Shown here piece after piece: positions 9,635 to 19,365 of a stretch of 64,000 bases of DNA. Origin of the DNA: Nitrosopumilus sp. (GTDB lineage Archaea; Thermoproteota; Nitrososphaeria; Nitrososphaerales; Nitrosopumilaceae); the NCBI GenBank assembly GCA_965205215.1, contig OZ242041.1, forward strand, positions 704,001-768,000, read 5' to 3'. The notes beneath the pieces are model-generated. The model was not told the origin of the DNA and ran no database searches. It saw only the letters and a program-made list of their open reading frames with translations. Made by a program: the position numbers and the translations under genes. The stretch's first letter is position 1; every line of letters starts with the position of its first letter.

Positions 9635-10699
9635 CTACCCCCTCTCTAGATTTAATGCCTTTGGAATCTCCAGTACGGAGCCAAGCGTAAAGTGCGGGAC
9701 CCCCGCCCCGGCCGCGCGCTCCAGGATCCTGCGCCGCTCATCGGGATTGACGCTTGTCCCCGTGATGCCGCAGAATACGACGTCGGACTCGGCGTCCCTT
9801 GCCATCGCCGCGTCCTCGGCGGAGTCCCCCACGTATATGGCCCTTTTGCAGCCCATGCCCCTTATGCAGTCGTCGAGCCTCTCCGGGTTGGGCTTTGCGT
9901 GATCCCGCGGCTCGTCCTCAAGAAAGGCAGAGTTCCCCAGGTCGAACCATCCCATGACGGGCTCAAGCGTGTACCTGGCCGCCTGCAGCCCGCGGCCCGT
10001 CACCATCGATATCCTCTTGCCAAACCTGCCTGACAGCGCCTCCATGACCGCGTCCGTCACGATGACGTCGTCGCACCTGATGTGTCCTGTCTCGTCTCCG
10101 AGCAGCGGCCTGCCCCCGCGCCCCTCGTATATGTACGAGCCGTAGAACTTCTCGTCAAAGACGCGGCACAGCAGCCCCTTTCTGTCCGGCGACGGGTGGT
10201 CCAGGAGATCCGCGGCGCGGGACATTCCCGCATAGTCCCGCATGTGCCTAATGACTGAGGCGATCCCGTCGGGACCGGAGTTTTTTACTGCCATGTCGAT
10301 TGCCGACTCGTACGTGCAGCCTCCTGCCAGGTGCGGCATTACGGCCGCCAGTGTTATGGCGCACGACACGTCGGTCTCGTCGTTGAAGAGCCCCGTGTTC
10401 TTGAGCCTTTCCACCGTGTGCCTTGACACCGCGCGGTGCGCGGGCATGTCGGGGATGGCAAGCTCCGAGGCTATCCTGCCGGTCATGTATTCTACAGTCT
10501 GCTGTATGGCGCGGTGGTAGGAGCCCGACACGTCCACCAGCACCCCGTCGCAGTCAAACACGATGCAGTCGGCGTCCCGGGTCACGTCCCGTATGGCGTC
10601 ATAGTCGGCCGGCGCCGTCTTGGTGGCCGTGCTGCCGTTGCCACTGTTGCCGTCGCCGTCCCCCGCCAACGAATCACTCCAGCAGGTCGCGGATTGCAA
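9635..10699 (-). CDS. HAD-superfamily hydrolase in his operon (candidate histidinol-phosphatase)
   Basis: [22 protein letters not shown] motifs; between hisC and hisB. Confidence 0.8.
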   Translation of the reverse strand: MQSATCWSDSLAGDGDGNSGNGSTATKTAPADYDAIRDVTRDADCIVFDCDGVLVDVSGSYHRAIQQTVEYMTGRIASELAIPDMPAHRAVSRHTVERLKNTGLFNDETDVSCAITLAAVMPHLAGGCTYESAIDMAVKNSGPDGIASVIRHMRDYAGMSRAADLLDHPSPDRKGLLCRVFDEKFYGSYIYEGRGGRPLLGDETGHIRCDDVIVTDAVMEALSGRFGKRISMVTGRGLQAARYTLEPVMGWFDLGNSAFLEDEPRDHAKPNPERLDDCIRGMGCKRAIYVGDSAEDAAMARDAESDVVFCGITGTSVNPDERRRILERAAGAGVPHFTLGSVLEIPKALNLERG

Positions 10700-11897
10700 T
10701 CAGGAACCTGGAGTTCATCTCGCGCGTGCCGACCGTCACGCGCAGGCACCCCTGCCGCCCCGCAACCCTCCCAAGGCGGCGCACCGATATGCCCTGCTCT
10801 GCCAGGGCCGCATGCACGCGCTTGTAGGCCCCCTTTACGTCAAACAGGACAAAGTTCGCGTCAGAGTCGAACACGTCAAAGGCGTCGTGCTTCCTCAGGG
10901 CCTCTATGATGCGGGCGCGCTCGGACTTTACGGCCTTGGCCGTCTCGCGTATCTGGTCGGAGCGGCGCAGCGCCTCCAAGCCCGCCTCGATTGAGATCGT
11001 GCTGAGCGGGTACGGGTACTGCACCACGTCCGTAAACGCGCCGGCAAGGCGCCTGTCGGCTATCATGTAGCCCAGCCGCAGTCCGGCGAGGCCGAACGAC
11101 TTTGAGAGCGTGCGCACCACCGCCAGGTTCGGGTGCCTCCTTGCCATGCCTGATACCGTATACCTGCCAAACTCGCCGTACGCCTCGTCAATTATCACCA
11201 GGCCGTCGAACTTGGATATTATCCTCTGCAGATCGGACTTGGCAAACTGGAAGCCGGTCGGGTTGTTCGGGGAGTCCAGGTATAGGACGTCGGCCCCTTG
11301 CGCCCTCTCCAGAAACGCCGACGCGTCAAGCGTCATGTCGTCTGAGAACGGCACCCCGTCCACCTGCATGCCGTACAGCCGGCACCTGTCCTCGAAGAAT
11401 CCGAAGGTGGGGTCAGACGTCAGTATGCGCACTCCTCCTCCTTCCCTGCCTTGCTTCGCGCCCGCCGCCGCGGGGCCGCCGCGCCCGCCGCCGGCCACAT
11501 GCGCAAGCAGCATGTCCAGTATCTGGTCAGACCCGTTTCCGACTGCAATCATGGACGCCGGCATCTTGGTGAACCTTGAGAGGGCCGCCAACAGCCGCTC
11601 GGTCCCGCCAAGCGGGTACTCCCGCACGTCGGCGTTCCTGCGGGCCGCGATTATTGCGTCTATCTGGAACTGCTTTGGGACCGTATAGTTCTCGTTGGAG
11701 TCGAGCTTTAGCGCGCCGGACAGCATCTCGGGCTTTTGGTAGCCGCCCACCCTGGATATGGCGTCAAGACGGTCTGCAAGCAGCCTTGTCTTGGGTCCTG
11801 CGCGGGGGTGTTTGGGTGATGATTTGGGTGATGATTTGGGTGATGATTTGGGTGATGATGATGGCGACGCTGACGAGTTTGATGCGCGCCTTCCCAT
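10674..11897 (-). CDS. hisC: Histidinol-phosphate aminotransferase
   Basis: KLDSNEN, GNGSD, PNNPTG, DEAY, RTLSKSFGLAGLRLGY. Confidence 0.95.
   Translation of the reverse strand: MGRRASNSSASPSSSPKSSPKSSPKSSPKHPRAGPKTRLLADRLDAISRVGGYQKPEMLSGALKLDSNENYTVPKQFQIDAIIAARRNADVREYPLGGTERLLAALSRFTKMPASMIAVGNGSDQILDMLLAHVAGGGRGGPAAAGAKQGREGGGVRILTSDPTFGFFEDRCRLYGMQVDGVPFSDDMTLDASAFLERAQGADVLYLDSPNNPTGFQFAKSDLQRIISKFDGLVIIDEAYGEFGRYTVSGMARRHPNLAVVRTLSKSFGLAGLRLGYMIADRRLAGAFTDVVQYPYPLSTISIEAGLEALRRSDQIRETAKAVKSERARIIEALRKHDAFDVFDSDANFVLFDVKGAYKRVHAALAEQGISVRRLGRVAGRQGCLRVTVGTREMNSRFLIAIRDLLE
11811..11858. repeat. 12-bp tandem repeat x4 (TTTGGGTGATGA) encoding SSPK x4 in the HisC N-terminus
   Basis: Directly visible in sequence. 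Confidence 0.9.
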
Positions 11898-11996
11898 AAT
11901 CGTCCCGTTTTTTTGCTCTATTATGATGTTTCTGCAATGCTGCCGCTTGCTGCCGTCATCATCATCATCATCACCACCACCACCACAATGCCGCCG

Positions 11997-13421
11997 TCAT
12001 GCGTGCCGACGCCGGCGCCTTGCCCCCGCACCCTCGCGCTTTAGCCTGCCGCGCACGGCCTCGTAGTGGTTGACCAGCCCCTCTGCGTGCGTAAGCTCCC
12101 TCATCATGCCGTCAATCCCGCGGAGCGCGCCCCTCGTGGACCTGACTGTGGTGTGCACCTTGAGATAGTCAAGCACCGAGAGGGAGCCGCGTACTGCCCC
12201 GGTCCGGTTGGTCGGCAGGACGTGGTTTGAGCCAAGCAGGTAGTCGCTTGCAGCAGACGGCGAGTTGCGCCCGACCAGCACCAGCCCCGGCGACGTAACA
12301 ACAGACTCGGCCCGGGCCGCGCCCTTGGACATCATTATCTCCAGGTGCTCCGGCGCCAGCGCGTGGGCCACTGCGGCCCCGTCCTCCATGCTTCTCACCA
12401 CTGCAATGAACCCGTTTCTCGACAGGCTCTTTGATATCAGCGGGCCGCGCTCGAGGCCCGGCACCAGGCCATCTAGGATGCCGTTGACGCGGCGCGCCAG
12501 TGCGGCAGAATCGGTTATCAAATAGCACTGCGTATCCTCGCTGTGCTCGGCCTGTGACACGAGGTCCAGGGCGACTAGCCGCGGCGGCGCGTCCGCGTCT
12601 GCCAGTATGCCAAGCTCGGTGGGCCCTGCCAGCATGTCGATCCCCACGTCTGCTGAGACCAGCGACTTTGCGGCGGTCACGTACGCGCCGCCGGGGCCCA
12701 CTATCTTGTCCACGCGGGGGATGGACTCCGTACCGTACGCAAGGGCCGCCACCGCCTGGGCGCCCCCCGCGCGGTATATCTCCGTGGCCCCGCACATGTC
12801 GGCGGCCACCACCGTAAGCGGGTCGATCATGCGGCCGGCCGCCGCGGGCGCCCCGCCGTGCGGGGGCGTGGGGTCCGAGGCGGAGTCGGAAGGAGGCGGC
12901 GGGAAGGAGGACATGGGCGAGACTGCGACTATCCTCGGCACGCCTGCCACGGCGGCGGGCACTATTGACATTACCGCCGAGGACGGGTACCTTGCAAGTC
13001 CGCCTGGTATGTAGCACCCCACGCTGTCGATGGGGGCAAACCTGCGCGACACCGTGGCGCTGGCCGGGGGCCGCCCGTGGACCGTCTCGACCTTCTTGAG
13101 CGTCCTCATGGTGCGCCTCTCCAGCGCGGCCAGCCGCGCGGCCGCCTCCCTTATCGCCGCGTGCTGTGGCTTGGATACCATCCCGTATGCGGATCTGATC
13201 TCCGACTCCGAGAGCCGGAGGGGCACGCTGCCGTCTGAGAGCCCGCCGAACCTCCTCTCGTGGCGGTAGAGCGCCGCGTCGCCTCCCTCCCGTACGCTTC
13301 GCACTATGGAGCGCACGCGCGCGAGGTCGGGCCCCGCGCGGCGCCCCTTCCCGTCCCGCGCGAGCCGGGCCGCGAACCCCGCCGGGTCCGCCCCCTTTCG
13401 TTGTGTGATGACGCGGATCAA
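11997..13421 (-). CDS. hisD: Histidinol dehydrogenase
   Basis: GCYIPGG, GGAQAVAALAYG, KIVGPG, AGPTE, QAEH, APEHLE, NHVLPT; TTGA overlap with hisG. Confidence 0.95.
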   Translation of the reverse strand: MIRVITQRKGADPAGFAARLARDGKGRRAGPDLARVRSIVRSVREGGDAALYRHERRFGGLSDGSVPLRLSESEIRSAYGMVSKPQHAAIREAAARLAALERRTMRTLKKVETVHGRPPASATVSRRFAPIDSVGCYIPGGLARYPSSAVMSIVPAAVAGVPRIVAVSPMSSFPPPPSDSASDPTPPHGGAPAAAGRMIDPLTVVAADMCGATEIYRAGGAQAVAALAYGTESIPRVDKIVGPGGAYVTAAKSLVSADVGIDMLAGPTELGILADADAPPRLVALDLVSQAEHSEDTQCYLITDSAALARRVNGILDGLVPGLERGPLISKSLSRNGFIAVVRSMEDGAAVAHALAPEHLEIMMSKGAARAESVVTSPGLVLVGRNSPSAASDYLLGSNHVLPTNRTGAVRGSLSVLDYLKVHTTVRSTRGALRGIDGMMRELTHAEGLVNHYEAVRGRLKREGAGARRRRRHA

Positions 13422-14410
13422 TTCTCCTCATCGCGCTTTATCTCTTCGAGCTCCAGTATCTGGCGCGGCTCGTGGACCACCAGCCCCTGAGCCGTCCTTC
13501 TGAGGACCGGTATCAGCCTGTGGAACTCTTCTTTTGGTATTATGGTGTTGATTCCAAACCACCCCGGCTCGCTCAGGCTGCTGACAGTCGGCTTTTTGAG
13601 CGACGGCATCTCCCCGAGCAGCCTCTTCAGGTTCTTCTCCTCGACGTTGAGGTACAGGTGCAGGTACTTTACGCCGTGCACCGCCCCCCGCAGAAGCGTG
13701 ATGATGTCGTATATCTTCTCCCGCTTTGCCGCGTCGGCAAGCGAGTCCCTGTTTGCAATCAGGTGCGCCGACGACGTCAGTATCTCGTCGGCAATCTTTA
13801 GCTTGTTCTGGCGCAGGGTCGTGCCGGTCTCGGTCACGTCGATTATGCAGTCCATCTCCTCCGGCGGCTTTGCCTCCGTCGCCCCGAACGACAGGTGTAT
13901 CTGCACCATGTGGTTGGATCCGAGCCGGACCCACGGGGTGACCACGAGCGGCCTCTTTGAGCCGTAGTGCTTTTTGTACGAGGGGAGCCTCCTGATGAAC
14001 TCGGACGCCGTGGTGAGGTACTCGGAGGATATGCGCAGCGTCCTCTTCTTCCTGGCATAGTCTGCCACCATGGCGTCGAGCGTCGCGTAGCGGTACTTGT
14101 CTGGAAACGCCACCACGAGCCTGATGCGGCCGTACTCGAGGTCGAGCACGGGATCCACGTCCGAGTCGGTCTCCCCCACCCAGTCGCGGCCGGTTATGCC
14201 CACGTCGTAGAGCCCCTCTGCCACCATGTTTGGGATCTCCTGGGGCCTGAGCATCTTGACTATGATGCCGGGGTCGTCAAGATAGACGCGGTACGTGCGG
14301 TCCTTGCGGTTGACCTTGGTCCAGGCCCTCTCGAGCAGCTTGAACGTGGCCGCCTCAAGCGAGCCCTTTGGAATCGCAAAGCGCACCTGCGCGGCCTTCC
14401 TTGGCGCCAT
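13418..14410 (-). CDS. hisG: ATP phosphoribosyltransferase (long form)
   Basis: FAIPKGSL, RPQEIP, DVGITGRD, GATEAK, DVTETGTTL; start placed at ATG 14410. Confidence 0.95.
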   Translation of the reverse strand: MAPRKAAQVRFAIPKGSLEAATFKLLERAWTKVNRKDRTYRVYLDDPGIIVKMLRPQEIPNMVAEGLYDVGITGRDWVGETDSDVDPVLDLEYGRIRLVVAFPDKYRYATLDAMVADYARKKRTLRISSEYLTTASEFIRRLPSYKKHYGSKRPLVVTPWVRLGSNHMVQIHLSFGATEAKPPEEMDCIIDVTETGTTLRQNKLKIADEILTSSAHLIANRDSLADAAKREKIYDIITLLRGAVHGVKYLHLYLNVEEKNLKRLLGEMPSLKKPTVSSLSEPGWFGINTIIPKEEFHRLIPVLRRTAQGLVVHEPRQILELEEIKRDEEN

Positions 14411-14508
14411 GCGTGGTATCCCATGCGGGCGCTTATAATCTAGTAGCTTTCCCTGCGACCGCGCGCGCCGTGCGGTGGAAACTGTTGCTGCCGCTGCCGC
14501 TGCCACCG

Positions 14509-15942
14509 TCACTCCGCGGCCCGCCGCTCCGAGCCGAGTATGTCCCTTGCCCCCTGCATCGAGACCGTGCCCTCTGACACCATCTTGCGGACAACCCGGT
14601 CCACCTCGCCCGGACCGGCCCCTGCGGCGACTGCCAGGTTCCTTGCATGCAGCCGCATGTGCCCCTTTTGTATGCCGTCGGTGGCAAGCGCCCGCATGGC
14701 CGCATAGTTCTGGGCCAGCCCCGCGGACGCCATTATGCAGGCAAGCTCGCCGGCCGACCCTGCCCCCAGTATGCGCATGCACGCCCTTGCTACGGGGTGC
14801 ACGGTAACCACGCCGCCCACCACGCCGACTGACATGGGCAGCTCTATCGTGCCGACCAGGTCGCCGCTGCCGTTCCTGCCCCACTGCGTGATCGAGCGGT
14901 ACCTGCCCGTCCTGCACGCGTACGCGTGGGCGGCCGCCTCTATCGCCCTGCCGTCCTGCCCCGTCGCGTTTGCGACTGCTGTGATGCCGTTCATCACGCC
15001 CTTGTTGTGCGTGACGGCGCGGTACACGTCGCAGTCTGCAAACTCAAAGGCCGATATCATGTCGCCTACCACCCCGGGGCCCCCCACTACATCCTGCGGG
15101 AACGTGGCCTGGGCCCTGACCGTGCGGCGCGTGGAGTAGTTTGAGAGTATGCGCAGCAGGGCGCGTGCGCCCCTGTCCCCGTTTTTGTCCCCGCATATGT
15201 CCTCCAAGAGCGGCGCCACTGCCTCGCACATGCTGTTTGTAACGTTGGCGCCCATCGCGTCCCCCGCGTCTATCAGCAGCTCGGCAATCAGCATCCTTCC
15301 CGACGGCGCGTCCACAACGCGGCACGACACCTCCTTTGCGCCGCGGCCCATCTTGGAGAGGGTCGAGCTCTTCGTGTTTGCGAGCGCGATTATGTCCTCC
15401 GACCTCTCGGCTATCCTGCCGGCGGCCGCGTCCGTGTCGGCCACGTCCAAGAGCTGTATCTGGCCTATGCTGTATGCCTCTGACGCGGTTGCGCGAAACC
15501 CGCCGCCCCCGCGGGCCGCCTTTGCCCCCTTTGACGCGGCGGCGATCACGGAGGGCTCCTCTATGGCCATCGGGACCAGGACGTCCCTGCCGTTTACCAC
15601 GAAGTTGGTGGCGACCCCCAGGGGCGTGGCAAGCGTGCCGATGGCGTTCTCCACCATGTTGTCGGCCTGCTCGAAGGCGAGGCCGCCGGACGCGTCCCTT
15701 AGGGCCTCGATGTCCTCGGCGCCGAGGCCGGCGGCGTCGGATATTGCGCCCAGCCGCTCGTCGCGCGTCTTTTCAAAGAATCTTGGTATGGCCGATGATG
15801 ATGATGATGGTGACGATGACGACGCTGTTGTTGGCGATGACGACGCTGTTGTTGACGATGACGCTGACTGTGACGACGTTGGTAGTGACGACGGCGGCGA
15901 GCCGGAGCTCTCCTCCTCTCCTCTTCCCATGCAGGCCATCAC
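14509..15942 (-). CDS. hmgA: HMG-CoA reductase, class II, with poly-Ser N-terminal extension
   Basis: ENAIG, EEPSVIAA, DAMGAN, THNKGVMNG, GIQKGHMRLH. Confidence 0.93.
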   Translation of the reverse strand: MMACMGRGEEESSGSPPSSLPTSSQSASSSTTASSSPTTASSSSPSSSSSAIPRFFEKTRDERLGAISDAAGLGAEDIEALRDASGGLAFEQADNMVENAIGTLATPLGVATNFVVNGRDVLVPMAIEEPSVIAAASKGAKAARGGGGFRATASEAYSIGQIQLLDVADTDAAAGRIAERSEDIIALANTKSSTLSKMGRGAKEVSCRVVDAPSGRMLIAELLIDAGDAMGANVTNSMCEAVAPLLEDICGDKNGDRGARALLRILSNYSTRRTVRAQATFPQDVVGGPGVVGDMISAFEFADCDVYRAVTHNKGVMNGITAVANATGQDGRAIEAAAHAYACRTGRYRSITQWGRNGSGDLVGTIELPMSVGVVGGVVTVHPVARACMRILGAGSAGELACIMASAGLAQNYAAMRALATDGIQKGHMRLHARNLAVAAGAGPGEVDRVVRKMVSEGTVSMQGARDILGSERRAAE

Positions 15943-17099
15943 CTCTTGATATGTATAAGCCTGTCATCGTCGGGGCCTGCAAATCCCTTGCCGTCCGTGT
16001 TTGACGTTATTACGTACACGCTGCCGTCTTCCGGGTGCACCGCGACGTCCCTTATGCGCCCCGCGCCGCTCAGTATGGTCTGCTGGGACGGCAGCCCCTC
16101 CTCAAAGTCGATCTGGTACAGGTTGGACGCCCTCAGCGACGTCATCACAAACGGCTGGTCCAGCCCCAGCCTGTCGTGGTCGTAAAACGCGATTCCGCCC
16201 GGCTCTATGCTCGGGTCGTAGCACAGGACGGCCGCGCCCGCGCCGTCCTCGCCACCGGAGCACTCGCGGTCGGGCCACCCGTAGTCGGCGCCGGGTATGA
16301 TTATGTTGATCTCGTCGTTCTTCTCGGGCCCGTGCTCTGCGACGTACATGACCCCGTCGCCGTCCCACGCGATCCCCTGCGGGTTGCGGTGCCCCACCGA
16401 GTACACGGCCGAGTCCGGGCCAAACGGGTTGTCCTCCGGTATGGTCCCGTCGTCGTTTATGCGCAGTATCTTGCCGGCAAGCGAGCCGGTGTCGCGCGGC
16501 AGGTGGGACGCGTCAGATACGGTGCCCGTCCCGACGTACAGCTTGCCGTCGGGGCCGAACTTTACAAAGCCGCCGTTTGTGAACTTTGAGCCGGGGATGC
16601 CGTCGATTATGTCCGTCGCGTCGGCCAGCCTGCTGTCGGCCTCTGTGATGCGCACCACCTTGTTCCACAGCGTGGCGGCGCCGTCCTGCTCCCCGGCGCC
16701 GTCCTGCCGTACGTACGTGAGGTACACGTACAGGTAGTGGTTCTCGTCAAAGTCGGGGTGCGCGGCAATCCCGAGCAGCCCCCCGTCAAAGGTGTCGGCC
16801 GCGCGGAACGCGGCAAGCGGCTGCTCCAGAAGGGTGCCGTTCTGCACGACGCGGACTGCGCCCGCCTTTTCGGTCACAAATACGCGGTCCCCGTGTACGG
16901 CAATGGCGCGTGGCTTTTCGAGGCCGGTTGCAAGCGTGGATACGGACGACGCGGCCGACACTGACAGCGCGTCGCCGTCTTCCCGCCCCGACATTGCGGC
17001 CGGATCCGGCAGCGGCAGCGGGTCGGCCGGGGACGAGAGCACCATTACGGAGAACGCGATTGACCCGGCAACTGCCGCGATCTGGATCCTTTTGTCCAT
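15939..17099 (-). CDS. PQQ-dependent sugar dehydrogenase (GSDH beta-propeller)
   Basis: GGLLGIAAHPDF, FGPDGKLY, GHRNPQG, DEINII..GADYGWP. Confidence 0.9.
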   Translation of the reverse strand: MDKRIQIAAVAGSIAFSVMVLSSPADPLPLPDPAAMSGREDGDALSVSAASSVSTLATGLEKPRAIAVHGDRVFVTEKAGAVRVVQNGTLLEQPLAAFRAADTFDGGLLGIAAHPDFDENHYLYVYLTYVRQDGAGEQDGAATLWNKVVRITEADSRLADATDIIDGIPGSKFTNGGFVKFGPDGKLYVGTGTVSDASHLPRDTGSLAGKILRINDDGTIPEDNPFGPDSAVYSVGHRNPQGIAWDGDGVMYVAEHGPEKNDEINIIIPGADYGWPDRECSGGEDGAGAAVLCYDPSIEPGGIAFYDHDRLGLDQPFVMTSLRASNLYQIDFEEGLPSQQTILSGAGRIRDVAVHPEDGSVYVITSNTDGKGFAGPDDDRLIHIKR

Positions 17100-17150
17100 T
17101 ACAGCTGCAGATCGTGCCTGCTAATTATCTCTTGGTTGGGAATGCCCGCA

Positions 17151-17471
17151 CTACCGTCTGGCCGCCTTGGGCCTCTTCTTTGTCCGGCGGCGGCCGTTGC
17201 CGCTGCCGCTGCTGCCGCCTGCGCCCTTCTTGGCCCCCTCTGACTTTGCAGCAGAGGTGAGCCTTGCTATGTCCGCCTTTAGCTCCTTGCGCCTGGCCTG
17301 CAGCTCCTTGACTGACTTTGCCGTCTGCTTCATCTCCAACTTTGCGGCCTTTAGCTTTGCGTCGGTCCGGTGGGCGGGGCCGCAGTACACCACGATCCTG
17401 TCGCTCTTCTGGTAGTGCGTATAGTACAGGTACTTTTTGCCGTTTACCGTCCTGACCTCCTGCTTTGCCAC
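17151..17471 (-). CDS. Small basic coiled-coil protein, possibly DNA-binding
   Basis: VRTVNGKKYLYY...VYCG followed by a coiled coil and a basic tail. Confidence 0.55.
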   Translation of the reverse strand: MAKQEVRTVNGKKYLYYTHYQKSDRIVVYCGPAHRTDAKLKAAKLEMKQTAKSVKELQARRKELKADIARLTSAAKSEGAKKGAGGSSGSGNGRRRTKKRPKAARR

Positions 17472-17812
17472 GTGGTATGTTACGCTTCATTCTCTTTTAA
17501 CTTGTCGGTTGCAGCCGCCCCGGCGCCGCCCCACGGCCTTGTGGCAGAATGGCACAAATGCTTGCCGCAGGCATCGAACCGCCGGGGGCTTGGCAGACCT
17601 GCCAGCTTGTCTCCTGCGCAGTTCATGAGGCGGGCGGTGCGGGATGGCTGCTTGGGGGTCCGGGCGGTTCTGCGCGCCGTCGCTGCCCTGCTGCTACCGC
17701 TGCTGCTGCAGTCGGGCACGCCTGCTGGCGGATCCCCAGTGTGTGCACAAACTCCGGGCCGCGGACACTCGTATTGAAAGGCGTATATACGGCGCGGGTG
17801 CCGCCATTCTCT

Positions 17813-17902
17813 AGCGGGGTGGGGAAGTCAGACACTTGAGGGCTAGGTCATCCCGGCGGGCTCATAACCCGCAGATCAGTAGTTCAAGTCTACTCCCCGC
17901 TA
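17813..17902 (+). tRNA. Initiator tRNA-Met(CAT) with 15-nt D-loop intron (17832-17846)
   Basis: Acceptor AGCGGGG/CCCCGCT (A1-U72), anticodon arm GCGGG-CTCATAA-CCCGC, T arm AGTAG-TTCAAGT-CTACT; BHB motif; TATA-like element upstream. Confidence 0.9.
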
Positions 17903-19260
17903 TTATCATAAACGTGGAGCCACTCGAGGCCGCGGTCGGGCGCCCCCGCGCGGTTCCGCCTCCCCAGCCTCTGTGCGGGCCTGGTCAGGTGGCGCTGGGC
18001 TCCCGCGTCCGGAATGTACAGCCCGGTCCTCACCGCGCGGTCCCTTCTCACCTCCACCTTTGACGCCGCGCGGCTGTCCTCGCACCTGGCGCACTCGAAT
18101 CCCTGGCCCACCCCCTTTGACTTCATCCTCTTGCCGCATGCGGGGCACGCGGGGTTTGCGAGGTACGAGTCGTCGGCAAGCGATATGACCTCGATGTACT
18201 CTGCGTTGAGCACCCTCTGGTGGCCCTTTGAGGCCTTCCGGACGCCGCCTCCCACGCGCACCTCGTCGCCGGCCGCGAGGCGGCGGGCCACGCCCGTCAT
18301 CCCGGTGGGCTTGTACACGGCGCACCTGACTCTCGGCAGTCGCTGCTGTTGCTGTTGCTGCTGCCCCCCCGACTCCACCTCGAAGAACACGTGCCCGCCG
18401 CGCTCCGCTATGGGACTGTCGGTCACCGTGCCGCGTATCCACCCGGACGCAAAGGGCCTCATGGACTCTCCCGTCAGCTCGTTGCGCAGGTGCGCGCCCG
18501 TCCCCTGGTTCGTTCGGAAGACCATGTACCCCAGCGGGGACTCGTCGCTCCTGATCATCCGCGAGGCGGCCACAAGCGAGGCGGCGTCCTCGCCGCGTAT
18601 CCCGTAAAACACGGGGTCCGGCCCCCGCGGCGTGATCAGCACCCGGCCGCTTCCCTCGTCATAGCTGTTGAACGTGCTGGGAAACGTGCGATCCTGCATA
18701 CTTTTTACGCTTGCAGGCGACACGACGCGCCTGGTCCCACACATCTCGGCGCGGCGGTACGAGAGCAGCTCCATCGTGTGGTCGTCCCACTGGTATCCGG
18801 TGGCGCCGATGGCCCCGACCAGCCCCTGGCCGTTCCCCATGTAGTGGATCTCCAGGCCGTTGTCCCTTGCAAAGCCCCTGGCGTCAGCCCTGCCTATGAG
18901 CTGCCAGAGCGCCAGCCGGCCGAACCCGGCAAGCGGCTCCGGCACGTCATCCCCCTCCCAGAACACCAGTCCGGGGTTTGCGCCGCGCGCGACGTCCGCG
19001 CGCTCGAAGACGGTCCTGCGTATCTCGTCCTTGACGCGCCCGGGATCGCCTGTCCTGATGCGCATGGACACCGCGCCGTTTCCCCGCGTCTTCCACGGGA
19101 CGTTGGGGTTGAACCTGACCAGCCTCGGATAGTCAAGAAACTCTGCCGCGCCCCCCCTCCGGAGCGACCCCGCAATCACGTACGCAAGGTACGTGGTGCA
19201 CATCCCCGCGCGCGAGTCCGTGTCGTCAAACCCCACGTTGAGAGTGACATCCGAGCCCAT
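17890..19260 (-). CDS. tiaS: tRNA(Ile2) agmatidine synthetase
   Basis: GFDDTDSRAGMCTTY, NPNVPWKTRGNG, GPDPVFYGIRG, TNQGT, Zn ribbon, RHLTRP. Confidence 0.95.
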   Translation of the reverse strand: MGSDVTLNVGFDDTDSRAGMCTTYLAYVIAGSLRRGGAAEFLDYPRLVRFNPNVPWKTRGNGAVSMRIRTGDPGRVKDEIRRTVFERADVARGANPGLVFWEGDDVPEPLAGFGRLALWQLIGRADARGFARDNGLEIHYMGNGQGLVGAIGATGYQWDDHTMELLSYRRAEMCGTRRVVSPASVKSMQDRTFPSTFNSYDEGSGRVLITPRGPDPVFYGIRGEDAASLVAASRMIRSDESPLGYMVFRTNQGTGAHLRNELTGESMRPFASGWIRGTVTDSPIAERGGHVFFEVESGGQQQQQQQRLPRVRCAVYKPTGMTGVARRLAAGDEVRVGGGVRKASKGHQRVLNAEYIEVISLADDSYLANPACPACGKRMKSKGVGQGFECARCEDSRAASKVEVRRDRAVRTGLYIPDAGAQRHLTRPAQRLGRRNRAGAPDRGLEWLHVYDNSGE

Positions 19261-19365
19261 CGCCAGAGCTTGGGGAGGCGCATCATTTAGGTTGTTGTGG
19301 CAATGGCGGCAGCCGCAGCAGCGACCGCGGCATTCCTTTAAATTAATACGGGCGGTGCGTACCGC

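Noticed and set aside
13418-14917. Long N-terminal extensions of hisG, hisA, tiaS, cobY, mptE and rpl44e in the ORF track
   Set aside because: They overlap neighbouring genes; downstream ATGs match the family N-termini
17539-17608. Three small hairpins upstream of the 17151-17471 gene
   Set aside because: Short stems are expected by chance at this GC content; no recognisable RNA motif
17813-17902. tRNA-Ile2(CAT) because it abuts tiaS
   Set aside because: A1-U72 pair and three consecutive G-C pairs in the anticodon stem mark it as initiator Met
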